A stretch of 64,000 bases of DNA from contig OZ240241.1 in NCBI GenBank assembly GCA_965198115.1, positions 6,944,001 to 7,008,000 of the forward strand, given 5' to 3'. Position numbers and translations under genes: made by a program. The stretch's first letter is position 1. Every line of letters begins with the position of its first letter. The notes beneath the pieces are model-generated. The model saw only the letters and a program-made list of their open reading frames with translations, searched no databases and was not told the DNA's origin. Shown piece by piece: positions 8,453 to 18,245 of the stretch. This stretch comes from Candidatus Latescibacterota bacterium. GTDB lineage: Bacteria; Latescibacterota; UBA2968.

Positions 8453-10796
8453 GTTCTGTGCGTGCGAAGTAGACGAGCCCGGCCACGAGTCCGATCGCGC
8501 TGATCAGACTGATCCAGCGGCACACGACGGCAAGCCGGTCGTAGTAGGTGAGTTCGATGCGGTGATTTCCCGGGGGAACGAGTACGCCCTGCCAGAGGTA
8601 GTTGGCTCTGAACAATTCTGTCGGTCTGTCATCCAAGGTGGCGGACCAGTGCGAGAAAAAATTCTGGCTGACGACGAGGATCTGGGCGGTCGGGGTTTCG
8701 GCCTGGATGATCAGGGACCCGTGGCGGTCGTCGAACTCGATGAGTTCGATGCGCCCTTCCGACGAGGAGGATAGGGATCTCGAGGGCACGGATTCGAGGA
8801 TGACGGTTTCGGATGGATCGAACCCTGGTTCTTTAAGTTTCTGGACAATGGCCGCTTCATCGACCTCAACCACGTGGTTCCCGACGAGGTAGAAGAAGGG
8901 AAGCGCTCCCTCGTTCCTGTAGAGGAAAGCGCCACGGTCGGTCGTGACGGAGATCAGGCCTGCAACCTGAATCTGTCGATTGCTCACGATGTACTTCGTG
9001 TTGAGCAGGTTCAGCATCTGGATGTCGTTCAAATGATCGCGTGTGATCGCATCATAGCGTCTGACGGAGAAGGGCTCGTGATAGGCGACGTCGACGAGGT
9101 CCGCATTTGTGAGTTGTAGGTTGCCGCTGACGAACACGCGGTAATGGGCCTCATCCCATCGCAGGGCCCCAGTCGTTCTGGGAAGCCGAATCTCCGGATC
9201 GGGGTAGCGGGATGGATCGATGTATCGAAGATAGGGTAGATCGACCCGCCAAGTGTCAAAGAGGATAACCGGGATTAGAAACAGAAAATACGATTGGGCC
9301 GTCAGTCGGCCGCTCGCTCTCGTGAAAGTGAGCACGAGGAGCGCACCCAGCCATAGCAGCGCCAGTCCCGCACCTTTCTGGAGGAACGGGATGTTGTTTC
9401 GAACCACGGCCGCTTTGTCGGCGGGGAGGTCACTCCAGAAGAGCTGACACCAGGTGGTCAGACCCGCCTCCGGTGCGGCGACCCAGAGCAGGAGGGGCAC
9501 GCCGAGAATGAGTGCCACAGCCCAGAGGGCTTTCCGGTCAAAAGCATCGATCTTGTCGCCCAACCGATCGAGTGTGATTCCGGCGAGGAGAATGGCGGGA
9601 AAGACGAACAGAAAGGCGATCATGCCGGGTACGCGCAGGACGTGCATGCCAGGTATGAACCGGTAGAAGAGGGCGTGCAGGGGTGTGTGGGGTCCGAGCG
9701 AGAAAGCGAGCGCGAACAGACCCAAGACGGCGAGCGGAAGAATCCTCCGGTCGTCACGGATTCGACCGAGGGATACGAGCGCCAGAGCCAGAGGGATGAG
9801 ACCGAAATATTCCGCGTTGAGTTTGAGTGGATTCCGACCCCAGTAGAGATTCTGGCGACTGTCCGGTCTGTAGAAATGGACGAATTCGGGTACGAGAAGA
9901 GACGCGATCTCTTCGGGATGGAGCGACCAAGACTGGGCGTACTCGAGTCCGACTCCTTCGCCCAGGATGCCGGCACGACGCGACTCCGTTTTCGTGTACT
10001 GATAGGCGGGAAACGTGCCCACGGCGCCGACGGCAAGCCCGATCGCAATGCCCGCCGCCGAAATCGTCGAACGCCGCACCAAACGAGTGAGGTCTTTTTC
10101 TTCGGCAAAGGCTTGGAGGACGCGCACCAGAAAAAGGAGGCCGAGTCCAAGCAGGGCGTAGTAGAGCATCTGCAAGTGGGGGGTGAAGATGCCCGCCGCG
10201 ACGGCAGCACCCAGGACGAACGGGTATAGGGGTTTGCCCGTGTCCAAACCTCGATACAGTGCCCAGACCATCAGGGGCAGGAGGCCGATGACGAGCATCT
10301 TGCCCTCCTGCCCTGGAAAAATGAAGGTCATCAGGGTGGGTGCAAAACCGTACATCAGCCCGGTGAGCCACGATGGCAGGGGCCGAAGCCCGATACCGCG
10401 TGCGCAAAGGAACATCGTGTAGGCGGCGGCGAACGTGGCGAAAAAGTAGCGCCAGCCGAGGTAGCGATGCCACGTGGTGAACAGGGAGATGACGTGTAGC
10501 GGGAAGTATTTCCCCTTCCGGAAGCCGGACATGGGTGTGCCGCCCAGATACCGGGACCAGTTCTCGGGCGCAAGGTCTCCGAGTTTTTCGCCGATCGGTT
10601 CCTTGCCGAGGTAGAATTCATTTCGTGTGTCGACGCCTTCAATCACCACATCGCTGAAGACGAAGCCCGAAAAATAAACGACGGTCAGGAACAGGAAGGT
10701 TAGGGGAACCACTCCACGTTTTGCGAGGAGAGGTTCGATGGTGCGGGTCTCAGTCGGTGCTGATCCGTCCCGACGACGGCTTCGCGTTCGGCTCAT
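8436..10796 (-). CDS. YfhO-family GT-C membrane protein
   Basis: Multi-TM, HLQMLYY, WSLHPEE, C-terminal ILVVSQNFFSHWSATLD...RANYLWQGVLVPPGNHRIELTY; start placed at ATG 10796. Confidence 0.8.
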   Translation of the reverse strand: MSRTRSRRRDGSAPTETRTIEPLLAKRGVVPLTFLFLTVVYFSGFVFSDVVIEGVDTRNEFYLGKEPIGEKLGDLAPENWSRYLGGTPMSGFRKGKYFPLHVISLFTTWHRYLGWRYFFATFAAAYTMFLCARGIGLRPLPSWLTGLMYGFAPTLMTFIFPGQEGKMLVIGLLPLMVWALYRGLDTGKPLYPFVLGAAVAAGIFTPHLQMLYYALLGLGLLFLVRVLQAFAEEKDLTRLVRRSTISAAGIAIGLAVGAVGTFPAYQYTKTESRRAGILGEGVGLEYAQSWSLHPEEIASLLVPEFVHFYRPDSRQNLYWGRNPLKLNAEYFGLIPLALALVSLGRIRDDRRILPLAVLGLFALAFSLGPHTPLHALFYRFIPGMHVLRVPGMIAFLFVFPAILLAGITLDRLGDKIDAFDRKALWAVALILGVPLLLWVAAPEAGLTTWCQLFWSDLPADKAAVVRNNIPFLQKGAGLALLWLGALLVLTFTRASGRLTAQSYFLFLIPVILFDTWRVDLPYLRYIDPSRYPDPEIRLPRTTGALRWDEAHYRVFVSGNLQLTNADLVDVAYHEPFSVRRYDAITRDHLNDIQMLNLLNTKYIVSNRQIQVAGLISVTTDRGAFLYRNEGALPFFYLVGNHVVEVDEAAIVQKLKEPGFDPSETVILESVPSRSLSSSSEGRIELIEFDDRHGSLIIQAETPTAQILVVSQNFFSHWSATLDDRPTELFRANYLWQGVLVPPGNHRIELTYYDRLAVVCRWISLISAIGLVAGLVYFARTERGQAT

Positions 10797-10806
10797 AGTC
10801 GATTCT

Positions 10807-11898
10807 TCAGGTGATCGATTCGTAGACTTTTTCCTGATCCGTCGCGATGCGGTCCCACGTGAAGTTTTCCGCCCACTTTCTGCCGGCTCGCCCGAGTCTG
10901 GCTCGCTCCTCTGTATTGGATAGCAGACGCTGCATGGCCGCAGCAAGCGCGTCGACGTCCTCGGGTTGGACGAGAATCCCGGTCTCCCCATCACGCACGG
11001 CATCCTTCAGACCGGGGATTCGTGTACCCAGGACGGGTCTCGAAGCGGCCGCTGCTTCCACCGCCGCAATGCACCACCCTTCGTAGCGGGACGGTGTGCA
11101 GAAGAAGAGGCATCTTCGGTAGAGATCCGACCGCTGCTCGTTGGTGACCGATCCCAAGAACTCGACCCGCTGAGAAATTTCCAACTCGCGTGTCGCTCGT
11201 TCGAGTTCGGCGCGAGCTTCGGGTGAACCGCGCCCGGCGATTTTCAGTTGGATGTCCGAATTCTGCCGCGCAAAGGCTCTGAGAAGGATGTCCAGACCCT
11301 TCGTATACGGGTCGAGGCGCCCGAAGTAGAGGATGTAGTCTTCCTCTTCGAGCGGATCCACAAAACACTCGTCATCGACGCCGGTGTAAACGACGTGAAG
11401 CCCGTGGGATCCCCGAATGTCGACGATGGCATCACGCACGCTCGGTGAGATGGTAAGGACGTTCGGGTAAGCCCTGAGCGTCGCGGACTCGACGTGCCTG
11501 GTCGTTCGCCCGACGAACGGATGCTTCTCTTCCGCGTGCGAGCCCATGAGGTGAAAGCATTCGAGGAGGGCCGTCTGTCTGTGTGAAGCTGCAGCGCACA
11601 AGGGCGCGAAGGCAGAGAAGCTGTAGACCCAGAGGTCGAAGTCGGCCTTCTGGACGTGCCGTGAGGCGGCGATCGAAAACGACAGACGACTCAGTGCGTA
11701 GGATACCTGGCTACCGACGCGATGGAAGCGGATACCATCCCGATTTTCGGTCTCGGGCGCTCCCGGATAGCGACCCGTCAGGATGGTGATGTCGTGGCGG
11801 GCGACGAGACGACGGCTGATCTGGAGCGTGCGCAGAGCACCTCCACCAGCCAGCCACGTGTTCCAGGGATCATCGTAGATGGTGTGCAGAATCCTCAC
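10807..11898 (-). CDS. Glycosyltransferase family 4
   Basis: GGGA, YFGRLDPYTKGLD, PSRYEGWCIAAVEA, GETGILV; GTG start overlaps the upstream TGA. Confidence 0.9.
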   Translation of the reverse strand: MRILHTIYDDPWNTWLAGGGALRTLQISRRLVARHDITILTGRYPGAPETENRDGIRFHRVGSQVSYALSRLSFSIAASRHVQKADFDLWVYSFSAFAPLCAAASHRQTALLECFHLMGSHAEEKHPFVGRTTRHVESATLRAYPNVLTISPSVRDAIVDIRGSHGLHVVYTGVDDECFVDPLEEEDYILYFGRLDPYTKGLDILLRAFARQNSDIQLKIAGRGSPEARAELERATRELEISQRVEFLGSVTNEQRSDLYRRCLFFCTPSRYEGWCIAAVEAAAASRPVLGTRIPGLKDAVRDGETGILVQPEDVDALAAAMQRLLSNTEERARLGRAGRKWAENFTWDRIATDQEKVYESIT

Positions 11899-12365
11899 GA
11901 TTGTGAGGCGATCTTTTCGGTCGTCGAGTGGCCGGGCAGGTAGGCAACGGTTTGAACACGCCCACCGAAAAACTCTACGATTTCTCGACCGACGATCTCG
12001 TCCCTCTTGTAGTCCGCTCCTTTGACGAGCAGATCCGGCTGGATCGCCCGGAGCAGAGCCTCCGGCGTATCTTCCTCGAAGACGACGATGTAGTCGACGG
12101 CTCTGAGAGCGGAGAGATCCGCCAACCGGTGGGTGAGTGCGTTCATAGGGCGATCGGGTCCCTTTACACGACACACCGAATCGTCGCTGTTGAGGCCCAC
12201 GATCAGCACATCGCCGAGGGCCCTTGCGGCGGAAAGACAAGCGACGTGGCCGTCGTGAAGGAGGTCGAAGCATCCGTTCGTGAAAACCACGCACGCCCCC
12301 TCGGCCTTCGACCGTTCGCGGATGCGGACCGCCTCGTTGAGTGTGACCTGCTTGTCTTGTTCCAC
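11895..12365 (-). CDS. rfaE2: D-glycero-beta-D-manno-heptose 1-phosphate adenylyltransferase (RfaE domain II)-like
   Basis: VFTNGCFDLLHDGH, VGLNSDDSV, KGPDRP, LVKGADY, HSTT. Confidence 0.88.
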   Translation of the reverse strand: MEQDKQVTLNEAVRIRERSKAEGACVVFTNGCFDLLHDGHVACLSAARALGDVLIVGLNSDDSVCRVKGPDRPMNALTHRLADLSALRAVDYIVVFEEDTPEALLRAIQPDLLVKGADYKRDEIVGREIVEFFGGRVQTVAYLPGHSTTEKIASQS

Positions 12366-12372
12366 GATGGAT

Positions 12373-12960
12373 TCAGAGAACGCCTTTGGTGGACGGAATT
12401 CCCGTGACACCCGGGTCGGGCGAGACCGCCTGCCGCGCAGCCCTGGCCACCGCCTTGAAGATCGCCTCCAGGCAGTGATGGGCGTTCGACCCCCGGATGA
12501 GATCGATGTGCAGATTGAGGCGACCGTGATCGGTGAGGCTTCTGAAGAACTCTTCACCCAGTTCGGTCGGAAAGGCGCCCACGGTGGTTTCGTCCAGGTT
12601 CGCGTGATAAATCAGGTAAGGACGGCCGGAAAGGTCGACGACGGCACGCGCCAGCGCTTCGTCCATGGGCACGACGGCGCTGCCGAATCGTGTGATACCG
12701 GACTTGTCCCCGAGAGCGTCGTTGAGCGCCTGGCCGAGGCAGATGCCGATGTCCTCGACCGTGTGATGTGCGTCGATCTCGAGATCTCCCTGACAGACGA
12801 TGTCGAGATCGAACTGACTGTGCCGAGAGAAGGCGGTCAACATGTGGTCGAAGAACCCGATGCCCGATTCGATGCGGCTGGTTCCTGTCCCGTCGAGGGT
12901 CAAAGTCAGACGGATGTCGGTTTCGCTCGTTGCGCGTTGAACGTCGGCGTTGCGCGCCAT
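12373..12960 (-). CDS. hisB: Imidazoleglycerol-phosphate dehydratase
   Basis: RATSETDI, FFDHML, DAHHTVED, NAHHCLEAIFKA, IPSTKGVL. Confidence 0.96.
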   Translation of the reverse strand: MARNADVQRATSETDIRLTLTLDGTGTSRIESGIGFFDHMLTAFSRHSQFDLDIVCQGDLEIDAHHTVEDIGICLGQALNDALGDKSGITRFGSAVVPMDEALARAVVDLSGRPYLIYHANLDETTVGAFPTELGEEFFRSLTDHGRLNLHIDLIRGSNAHHCLEAIFKAVARAARQAVSPDPGVTGIPSTKGVL

Positions 12961-12965
12961 CTGGG

Positions 12966-14369
12966 TTACCCCGTGTAGGTTGCGAAGGGGTCGGGAAGGA
13001 TGCGATCGATCTCGTCGAGCCGATAGCCGAACCCGGAACCCCGAACGGACGTCAGGTCGAGGTGGCCGTCGATTCGACGGAAGACACCTGGATGGATCTT
13101 CGCCTCGGAGCGTGACGCTTCGGGGTAGAATTGCATGCCGTTCGTTTCGAGCCCCATGACGGTACCCGCGTGTGCCGCCAGGAGGGCGTGTGTGACCTGT
13201 GACAGCATGGGGTTCGTCAAGTCCTGCACCATCAGCGTCATGCCGTGTGCGCGCGCCCAGCACAGGCTGAGAATCGCGACGGTCTGAGTCTTGCAGGTTT
13301 TGAGAGCCACACCCGTCCACCCGTGGCGCCGGCCGATTTCAAGGAGGCGCCAGTCGTGTGCGCTTTCGTCCATGAAGAGGGGCTTGCGGGCGGAGACGCT
13401 GTGCGCATCGATGGGGTTCGCTTCCAGGTCGTAGGGAAACGGTTGCTCCACATACAGAATCATCTGGGAGATCCGGGGATGATCCGCCAGCAGCCGGTCG
13501 AGGATGTCGTTCACGTAGTCGGCGCTTTGGGCCGTGCAGTTGAAGTCGGTACAGAGCCACGAGGCACCCCGATCGATCGCGATCCGGCCGATTTCGACAA
13601 TACGCTCGTAGTCCCAGCCCTCGGATTCTCCGGTCAGTTTGATTTTAAGACAGTTCAGCCCATCGGTGTGAATCCAGTCGGGGAGGACAACAGGGTAGCC
13701 ATCATCGGGTTCGTCTCCCGTGCGCTCGTCGTCGGAGAGAAGGTCGTTTCCACCGACCGAGTGCCAGGCAGCCACACGATCCTCGCGACGGGCGAGCAGG
13801 TAGTCGCTCGGGAACTGATCGTCGAAGACGATGTCGGTATCCTCGGCGGGGTCGAGGTAAGCGGCGAGAGGCTCATTCATCCATTCGGCGGTGTATGTGG
13901 CGTAGGTCGATTCACCGTGTACGTTCCCGTAGGCGTCGTGGAAAGCGAGGTCGAACGCGGAATTGGCGACGAGGGCGGCCAGCCACGGGATAGCCTCGTC
14001 GGTTCGTATCCGGTTGATTTTCTGCAGCGCCGCGGGCAACACGTCGGTGAGGAAGGCGTGACCTACTTCAATGGGATGGCCGACTCGCGCGAAGGACGCC
14101 CACCTTCGTGCGAGGTCCTCACACAACGTCGTGACGGCATCCAGGCGATCGGCAATGCTCAGGTTCGACGGCCACGCCCACTGGACGCTGAGGGGCGTCT
14201 CACCCCATCCGGAGGCGCGTCGACCGTCTCGTGTCTCCACATCGACACACACGCGAATGCACGTGACGTGGGACAACGATTCTGTTCCGAAGCGGTAGGG
14301 GATTCGGGCTTCGACGGGCAAATAGAACGCCCGCAAACCGACGACCCGAATGTCGGTGGGTTTAGCCAT
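12966..14369 (-). CDS. Enolase superfamily (mandelate racemase/muconate lactonizing enzyme-like) protein
   Basis: GWGE capping domain, LKIKL, DFN, EQP, MDES metal-ligand motifs. Confidence 0.8.
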   Translation of the reverse strand: MAKPTDIRVVGLRAFYLPVEARIPYRFGTESLSHVTCIRVCVDVETRDGRRASGWGETPLSVQWAWPSNLSIADRLDAVTTLCEDLARRWASFARVGHPIEVGHAFLTDVLPAALQKINRIRTDEAIPWLAALVANSAFDLAFHDAYGNVHGESTYATYTAEWMNEPLAAYLDPAEDTDIVFDDQFPSDYLLARREDRVAAWHSVGGNDLLSDDERTGDEPDDGYPVVLPDWIHTDGLNCLKIKLTGESEGWDYERIVEIGRIAIDRGASWLCTDFNCTAQSADYVNDILDRLLADHPRISQMILYVEQPFPYDLEANPIDAHSVSARKPLFMDESAHDWRLLEIGRRHGWTGVALKTCKTQTVAILSLCWARAHGMTLMVQDLTNPMLSQVTHALLAAHAGTVMGLETNGMQFYPEASRSEAKIHPGVFRRIDGHLDLTSVRGSGFGYRLDEIDRILPDPFATYTG

Positions 14370-15450
14370 CGGTCGTCCCCAGGCTGTCGCGAAGCGCCTG
14401 GAGGAACGTGTCGTTTTCTTCGGGCGTGCCGACGCTTACCCGCAAACATCGGGAAAGGTTCGGATATCCAGAGACGTTCCGGATGAGAACACCCCGCTCG
14501 ATGAGGCGACTGAATATCTCGTCGGGTGTCCCGACATCGAAGAGGATGAGGTTCGCCGACGACGGGTAAGGTACGATTCCGGGGATCTGTTCCATGGCTT
14601 CGAACAGGCGGGTTCTCTCCTGTCGAATCCGATTCGCTCGGTCCTGAATCAGATCGGCGTGTTTCAGGAGCTCGAGGGCCGCGACGCGTGAGAATGTGTT
14701 GATGTCGAAGGGCACCTTCACTTTGAGGACTTCGGTCACGACTTCGGGATGCGCGATGAGGTAGCCGATTCGGATTCCGGCGCCGCCGAAAGCCTTCGAC
14801 AGCGTCCTGAGCACGACCAGGTTCGCGTAGCGATTGAGAAGGCCGGTGGCTGTCCGGTCGGTAAATTCGCCGTAGGCTTCGTCGACGACGACATACCCCT
14901 CCGTCATCTGTAGCATGACTTCGAGTGCATCATTTTGGATGTCGCAGCCGGTGGGGTTGTTTGGCGCACACAGGATGACGACGCCGGGCCGCTCGTCCGC
15001 GATCGTTCGATGCAGGGCATCCAGATCGAAACCGAATTGGTCGTCGAGCGGGACCAGCAGGGGGTGGCCTCCGCAGATCGTCGCATACTGCGCGTAGAGC
15101 GAGAAGGAGGGGCTGGGAATGACGACGCCTGTACCGGTCGTGACGGTCGTGTGCAGAAGGTGGTGGAGGAGGGTGTTTGACCCGTTCGAGACGATCAAGC
15201 GTGCGGCGTCGACCCCGGCAAAGCTCGCTAATGCCTCTACCAGGTCCGACGGCATGGGTTCGGGATAGCGCCCCCACGCCTCGTCGAAGACGAGTTCCAG
15301 TATCCGTCGCTTGAGGTCGTCGGGTAGCTCGTATGGGCTCTCGTTCTGATTCAGTTTGACCGGACAATCGTAGGTCGTCAGGTGGTATCCGGGTAGCGAT
15401 CGAAGGGACTCGCGGATCAGATGCGTCGGCGGGTTGGGTTTGCCGCCCAC
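14362..15450 (-). CDS. hisC: Histidinol-phosphate aminotransferase
   Basis: KLNQNESPY, PNNPTG, DEAYGEF, RTLSKAFG. Confidence 0.95.
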   Translation of the reverse strand: MGGKPNPPTHLIRESLRSLPGYHLTTYDCPVKLNQNESPYELPDDLKRRILELVFDEAWGRYPEPMPSDLVEALASFAGVDAARLIVSNGSNTLLHHLLHTTVTTGTGVVIPSPSFSLYAQYATICGGHPLLVPLDDQFGFDLDALHRTIADERPGVVILCAPNNPTGCDIQNDALEVMLQMTEGYVVVDEAYGEFTDRTATGLLNRYANLVVLRTLSKAFGGAGIRIGYLIAHPEVVTEVLKVKVPFDINTFSRVAALELLKHADLIQDRANRIRQERTRLFEAMEQIPGIVPYPSSANLILFDVGTPDEIFSRLIERGVLIRNVSGYPNLSRCLRVSVGTPEENDTFLQALRDSLGTTDG

Positions 15451-15453
15451 GGC

Positions 15454-16749
15454 TCAGCCGAGACGCACGCGGATGGCGTTCGCGTGGCCGTCGAGGCCCT
15501 CTGCTTCGGCCAGTGCGATGATCTGACCGCCGACTTTGGAAAGACGTTCCTCCGTGTAGGCGACGATGCTGATGTCCTTGCAGAAGGTGTCGACACCGAC
15601 CGAGGAGGCGTAGCGTGCAGCTCCGCCTGTGGGCAGAATGTGATTGGTCCCGGCAAAATAATCGCCGACCGGCTCGCTGGACGCTGAGCCGAGAAACACG
15701 GCGCCAGCGTGGCGGATACCACTTTGGACGGACCAGGGATCCGAAACGATCAACTCGACGTGCTCGGGCGCGATCTGGTTGATTAAAGAGACACCTTCCT
15801 CCAGATCCGCCACCACGAAGATGGCGCCATATCGTCCGAGGGCCTCTTCTGCCGGACCGCGGTGTGAAAGGTCGGGAAGCTGGCGCTCGATCTCCTGGCC
15901 AATCGTTTCAGCCAGGCGGGCGGACGTCGTCACACACACGGCCGCTTCGTAGCCGCTGCCGTGCTCGGCCTGGGATAGCATATCGGCGGCGACGAAGCGC
16001 GCGTCGGCGCTGTCGTCGGCGAGGACGACGATCTCGCTGGGCCCGGCGATCGTGTCGATGGCGACCGTTCCAAACACCGATTTCTTGGCGATCTGAACCG
16101 ACGGGTGCCCCGGACCGACGAGTTTGTCGACACGCTCGATCGTTTCGGTTCCGTAGGCTAATGCGGCAACGGCCTGAGCCCCGAAAACCCGATAAATCGT
16201 GTCGATACCGACGATGTGGGCGGCGGCCAACACGGACGAATGCACCTGCCCGTCGGCTTGCGGTGGCGTTGCGAGACTGAGGTGATCGACGCCGGCGACG
16301 CGTGCGGGTATGGCGGCCATCAGGACCGTGGAAAAGAGCGGAGCACTCGCTCCGGGCACGAGCAGCCCCACGCGTTCGAGGGGTATCACGCGTTTGCCGA
16401 GGATGACGCCATCTCCATCTTCCACGAACCAGGAGGTCTTCTTCTGCGATTCGTGAAATCTGCGAATGTTTCGAGCCGCAGCCTCCAGGACTTTCAAAAA
16501 CGCCGGGTCGGCTTTCTTGTAGGCCGCGGCGATGGCGTCCGGGTCTACACGGATCTGTTCTTGCGTGAGGCGGACACCGTCGAATTCCTCCGTATAGGCA
16601 AGAACCGCCTGGTCTCCGTTTTCTCGCACGTCGGAGATGATACGGAGAACACGCGCTTCGAGATCGGGTGAGACTTCGATGCTGCGACCGACGATTGCCC
16701 TTAGACGCTGGGCGGCTTGGGGGGTGCCGAGTGCGAGCGGAGCGATCAC
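15454..16749 (-). CDS. hisD: Histidinol dehydrogenase
   Basis: AGPSE, DMLSQAEH, APEH, GDYFAGTNHILPT; GTG start just after the hisG stop. Confidence 0.96.
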   Translation of the reverse strand: MIAPLALGTPQAAQRLRAIVGRSIEVSPDLEARVLRIISDVRENGDQAVLAYTEEFDGVRLTQEQIRVDPDAIAAAYKKADPAFLKVLEAAARNIRRFHESQKKTSWFVEDGDGVILGKRVIPLERVGLLVPGASAPLFSTVLMAAIPARVAGVDHLSLATPPQADGQVHSSVLAAAHIVGIDTIYRVFGAQAVAALAYGTETIERVDKLVGPGHPSVQIAKKSVFGTVAIDTIAGPSEIVVLADDSADARFVAADMLSQAEHGSGYEAAVCVTTSARLAETIGQEIERQLPDLSHRGPAEEALGRYGAIFVVADLEEGVSLINQIAPEHVELIVSDPWSVQSGIRHAGAVFLGSASSEPVGDYFAGTNHILPTGGAARYASSVGVDTFCKDISIVAYTEERLSKVGGQIIALAEAEGLDGHANAIRVRLG

Positions 16750-16751
16750 GG

Positions 16752-17630
16752 TCAGTAGATGACTTTGTTGAGCGGATACTCGATGATACCCGAGGCGCCG
16801 GCATCCATCAGGAGGGGGATGATATCTCTCACCGTGCTTTCGTCGACGATGACCTCGATGGCGATCCACGATTCGTCGAGCAGGTTGGAGATGGTCGGAT
16901 TCTTGAGCGCGGGAAGCTGGCTCACGACGGCTTCGAGGTTGTCGCGTCGGACGTTCATCTTGAGACCGACCTTGTCCTCGGCCTGGAAGGCGCCCACGAG
17001 GAGGGTCGCGATGCGCTGGGCCTTTTCCTTCTTCCAAGGATCTGCCCAAGCTTCCCGGTTGGCGATGAAACGTGTGGTCGTTTCGAGTACGGTGTCGATC
17101 ACACGCAACCTGTTCGCTCGAATCGAAGATCCCGTCTCCGTGAGTTCGACGATCGCGTCGACCAGCCCGCTTACACGCACCTTGGCTTCGGTCGATCCGT
17201 AAGAATACTCGACTTCGGCGTCGACGTCCTGGTCCTCAAGCCACGCCCTGGTGACCGAGACGATTTCGGTTGCGATGCGCTTGCCGTTCAGATCGGCGAC
17301 GGATGTGACCTGCGAGTCGTCGGGTACAGCGACGACCCATCGGGCAGGTTGTGAGGTGGTCTTGCTGTAGCTCAGTTCCGTGATCTCGACGACGTCGGCG
17401 TTGTTTTCGAGAATCCAGTCCTTACCCGTGAGTCCGACATCGAGGACGCCGCGCTCCACGTAGTGAGCCATTTCCTGGGCTCTTAGGAGCAACCCGTCGA
17501 GTTCGGGATCGTCGATGGACGGTGTGTAGGAACGGTAGCCGGCCCGAATCCGGTATCCGGCTCTGGCGAACAGGTTGAAAGTCGACTCCTGAAGACTGCC
17601 TGAAGGCAGCCCCACTCTGAGACGTGGCAT
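16752..17630 (-). CDS. hisG: ATP phosphoribosyltransferase (long form)
   Basis: GLPSGSL, LDVGLTGKD, SYGSTEAK, ETGSSIRAN, C-terminal regulatory domain. Confidence 0.95.
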   Translation of the reverse strand: MPRLRVGLPSGSLQESTFNLFARAGYRIRAGYRSYTPSIDDPELDGLLLRAQEMAHYVERGVLDVGLTGKDWILENNADVVEITELSYSKTTSQPARWVVAVPDDSQVTSVADLNGKRIATEIVSVTRAWLEDQDVDAEVEYSYGSTEAKVRVSGLVDAIVELTETGSSIRANRLRVIDTVLETTTRFIANREAWADPWKKEKAQRIATLLVGAFQAEDKVGLKMNVRRDNLEAVVSQLPALKNPTISNLLDESWIAIEVIVDESTVRDIIPLLMDAGASGIIEYPLNKVIY

Positions 17631-18245
17631 GGGGTCATCTCCGTAGCTGTGTCAACGTGAAGGGGATCACCCCTCAAAGACACAGAAGGTACTCGTTTTG
17701 TTTCCAGAGGGCGGTTTTTGCGAGAAGGGAGAGGTGTTACCGCGACTGACTTTCGAGGAAGGCGATGAGCCCATTCAGCGAATTGTGGATTTCGCGGAAA
17801 TGCTGGTTTTCTTTGAAGTCACGTATCAGTTCCCACCGATCGTATTCATAGCTATCGCGAGAGTATTCTGCCGGATCGTAGTAGAACTTCAGACCCAAAG
17901 ATGAGACCTGGGGTTGTCCGTCTACCTGGGTCTTGCCGAGTTCCACTCGAACGATTTTGCCCAGAATCTGAATCTTCATCGGAACTGCCGGGATGTAGAT
18001 TTCGGTTTCACGGTTGAAACGTAGTTTGGGATAAAAGTTCAGAAGGTAGCACGTGTTCTCGAGGACCTGCATTTGCTCCTCGAAATCCATCAGTCCGTAG
18101 TCTTCGCCGAGCACATACTCCAGGAAGGTCTTAGAACTTTCGATCTTGATCCCACCGATGCTGAAGTCGACGAGGTCGGCGTGGATCCCGCCCTCTTTTC
18201 GTATGAAGTCACTCGCCCGAACTGTCATGTTTTCGGTACCGACAC

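Noticed and set aside
10807-17049. Long N-terminal extensions in the ORF track for GT4, rfaE2, hisB, hisD (also YfhO, xerD, ABC)
   Set aside because: They overlap upstream genes; downstream starts coupled to the upstream stops fit family N-termini
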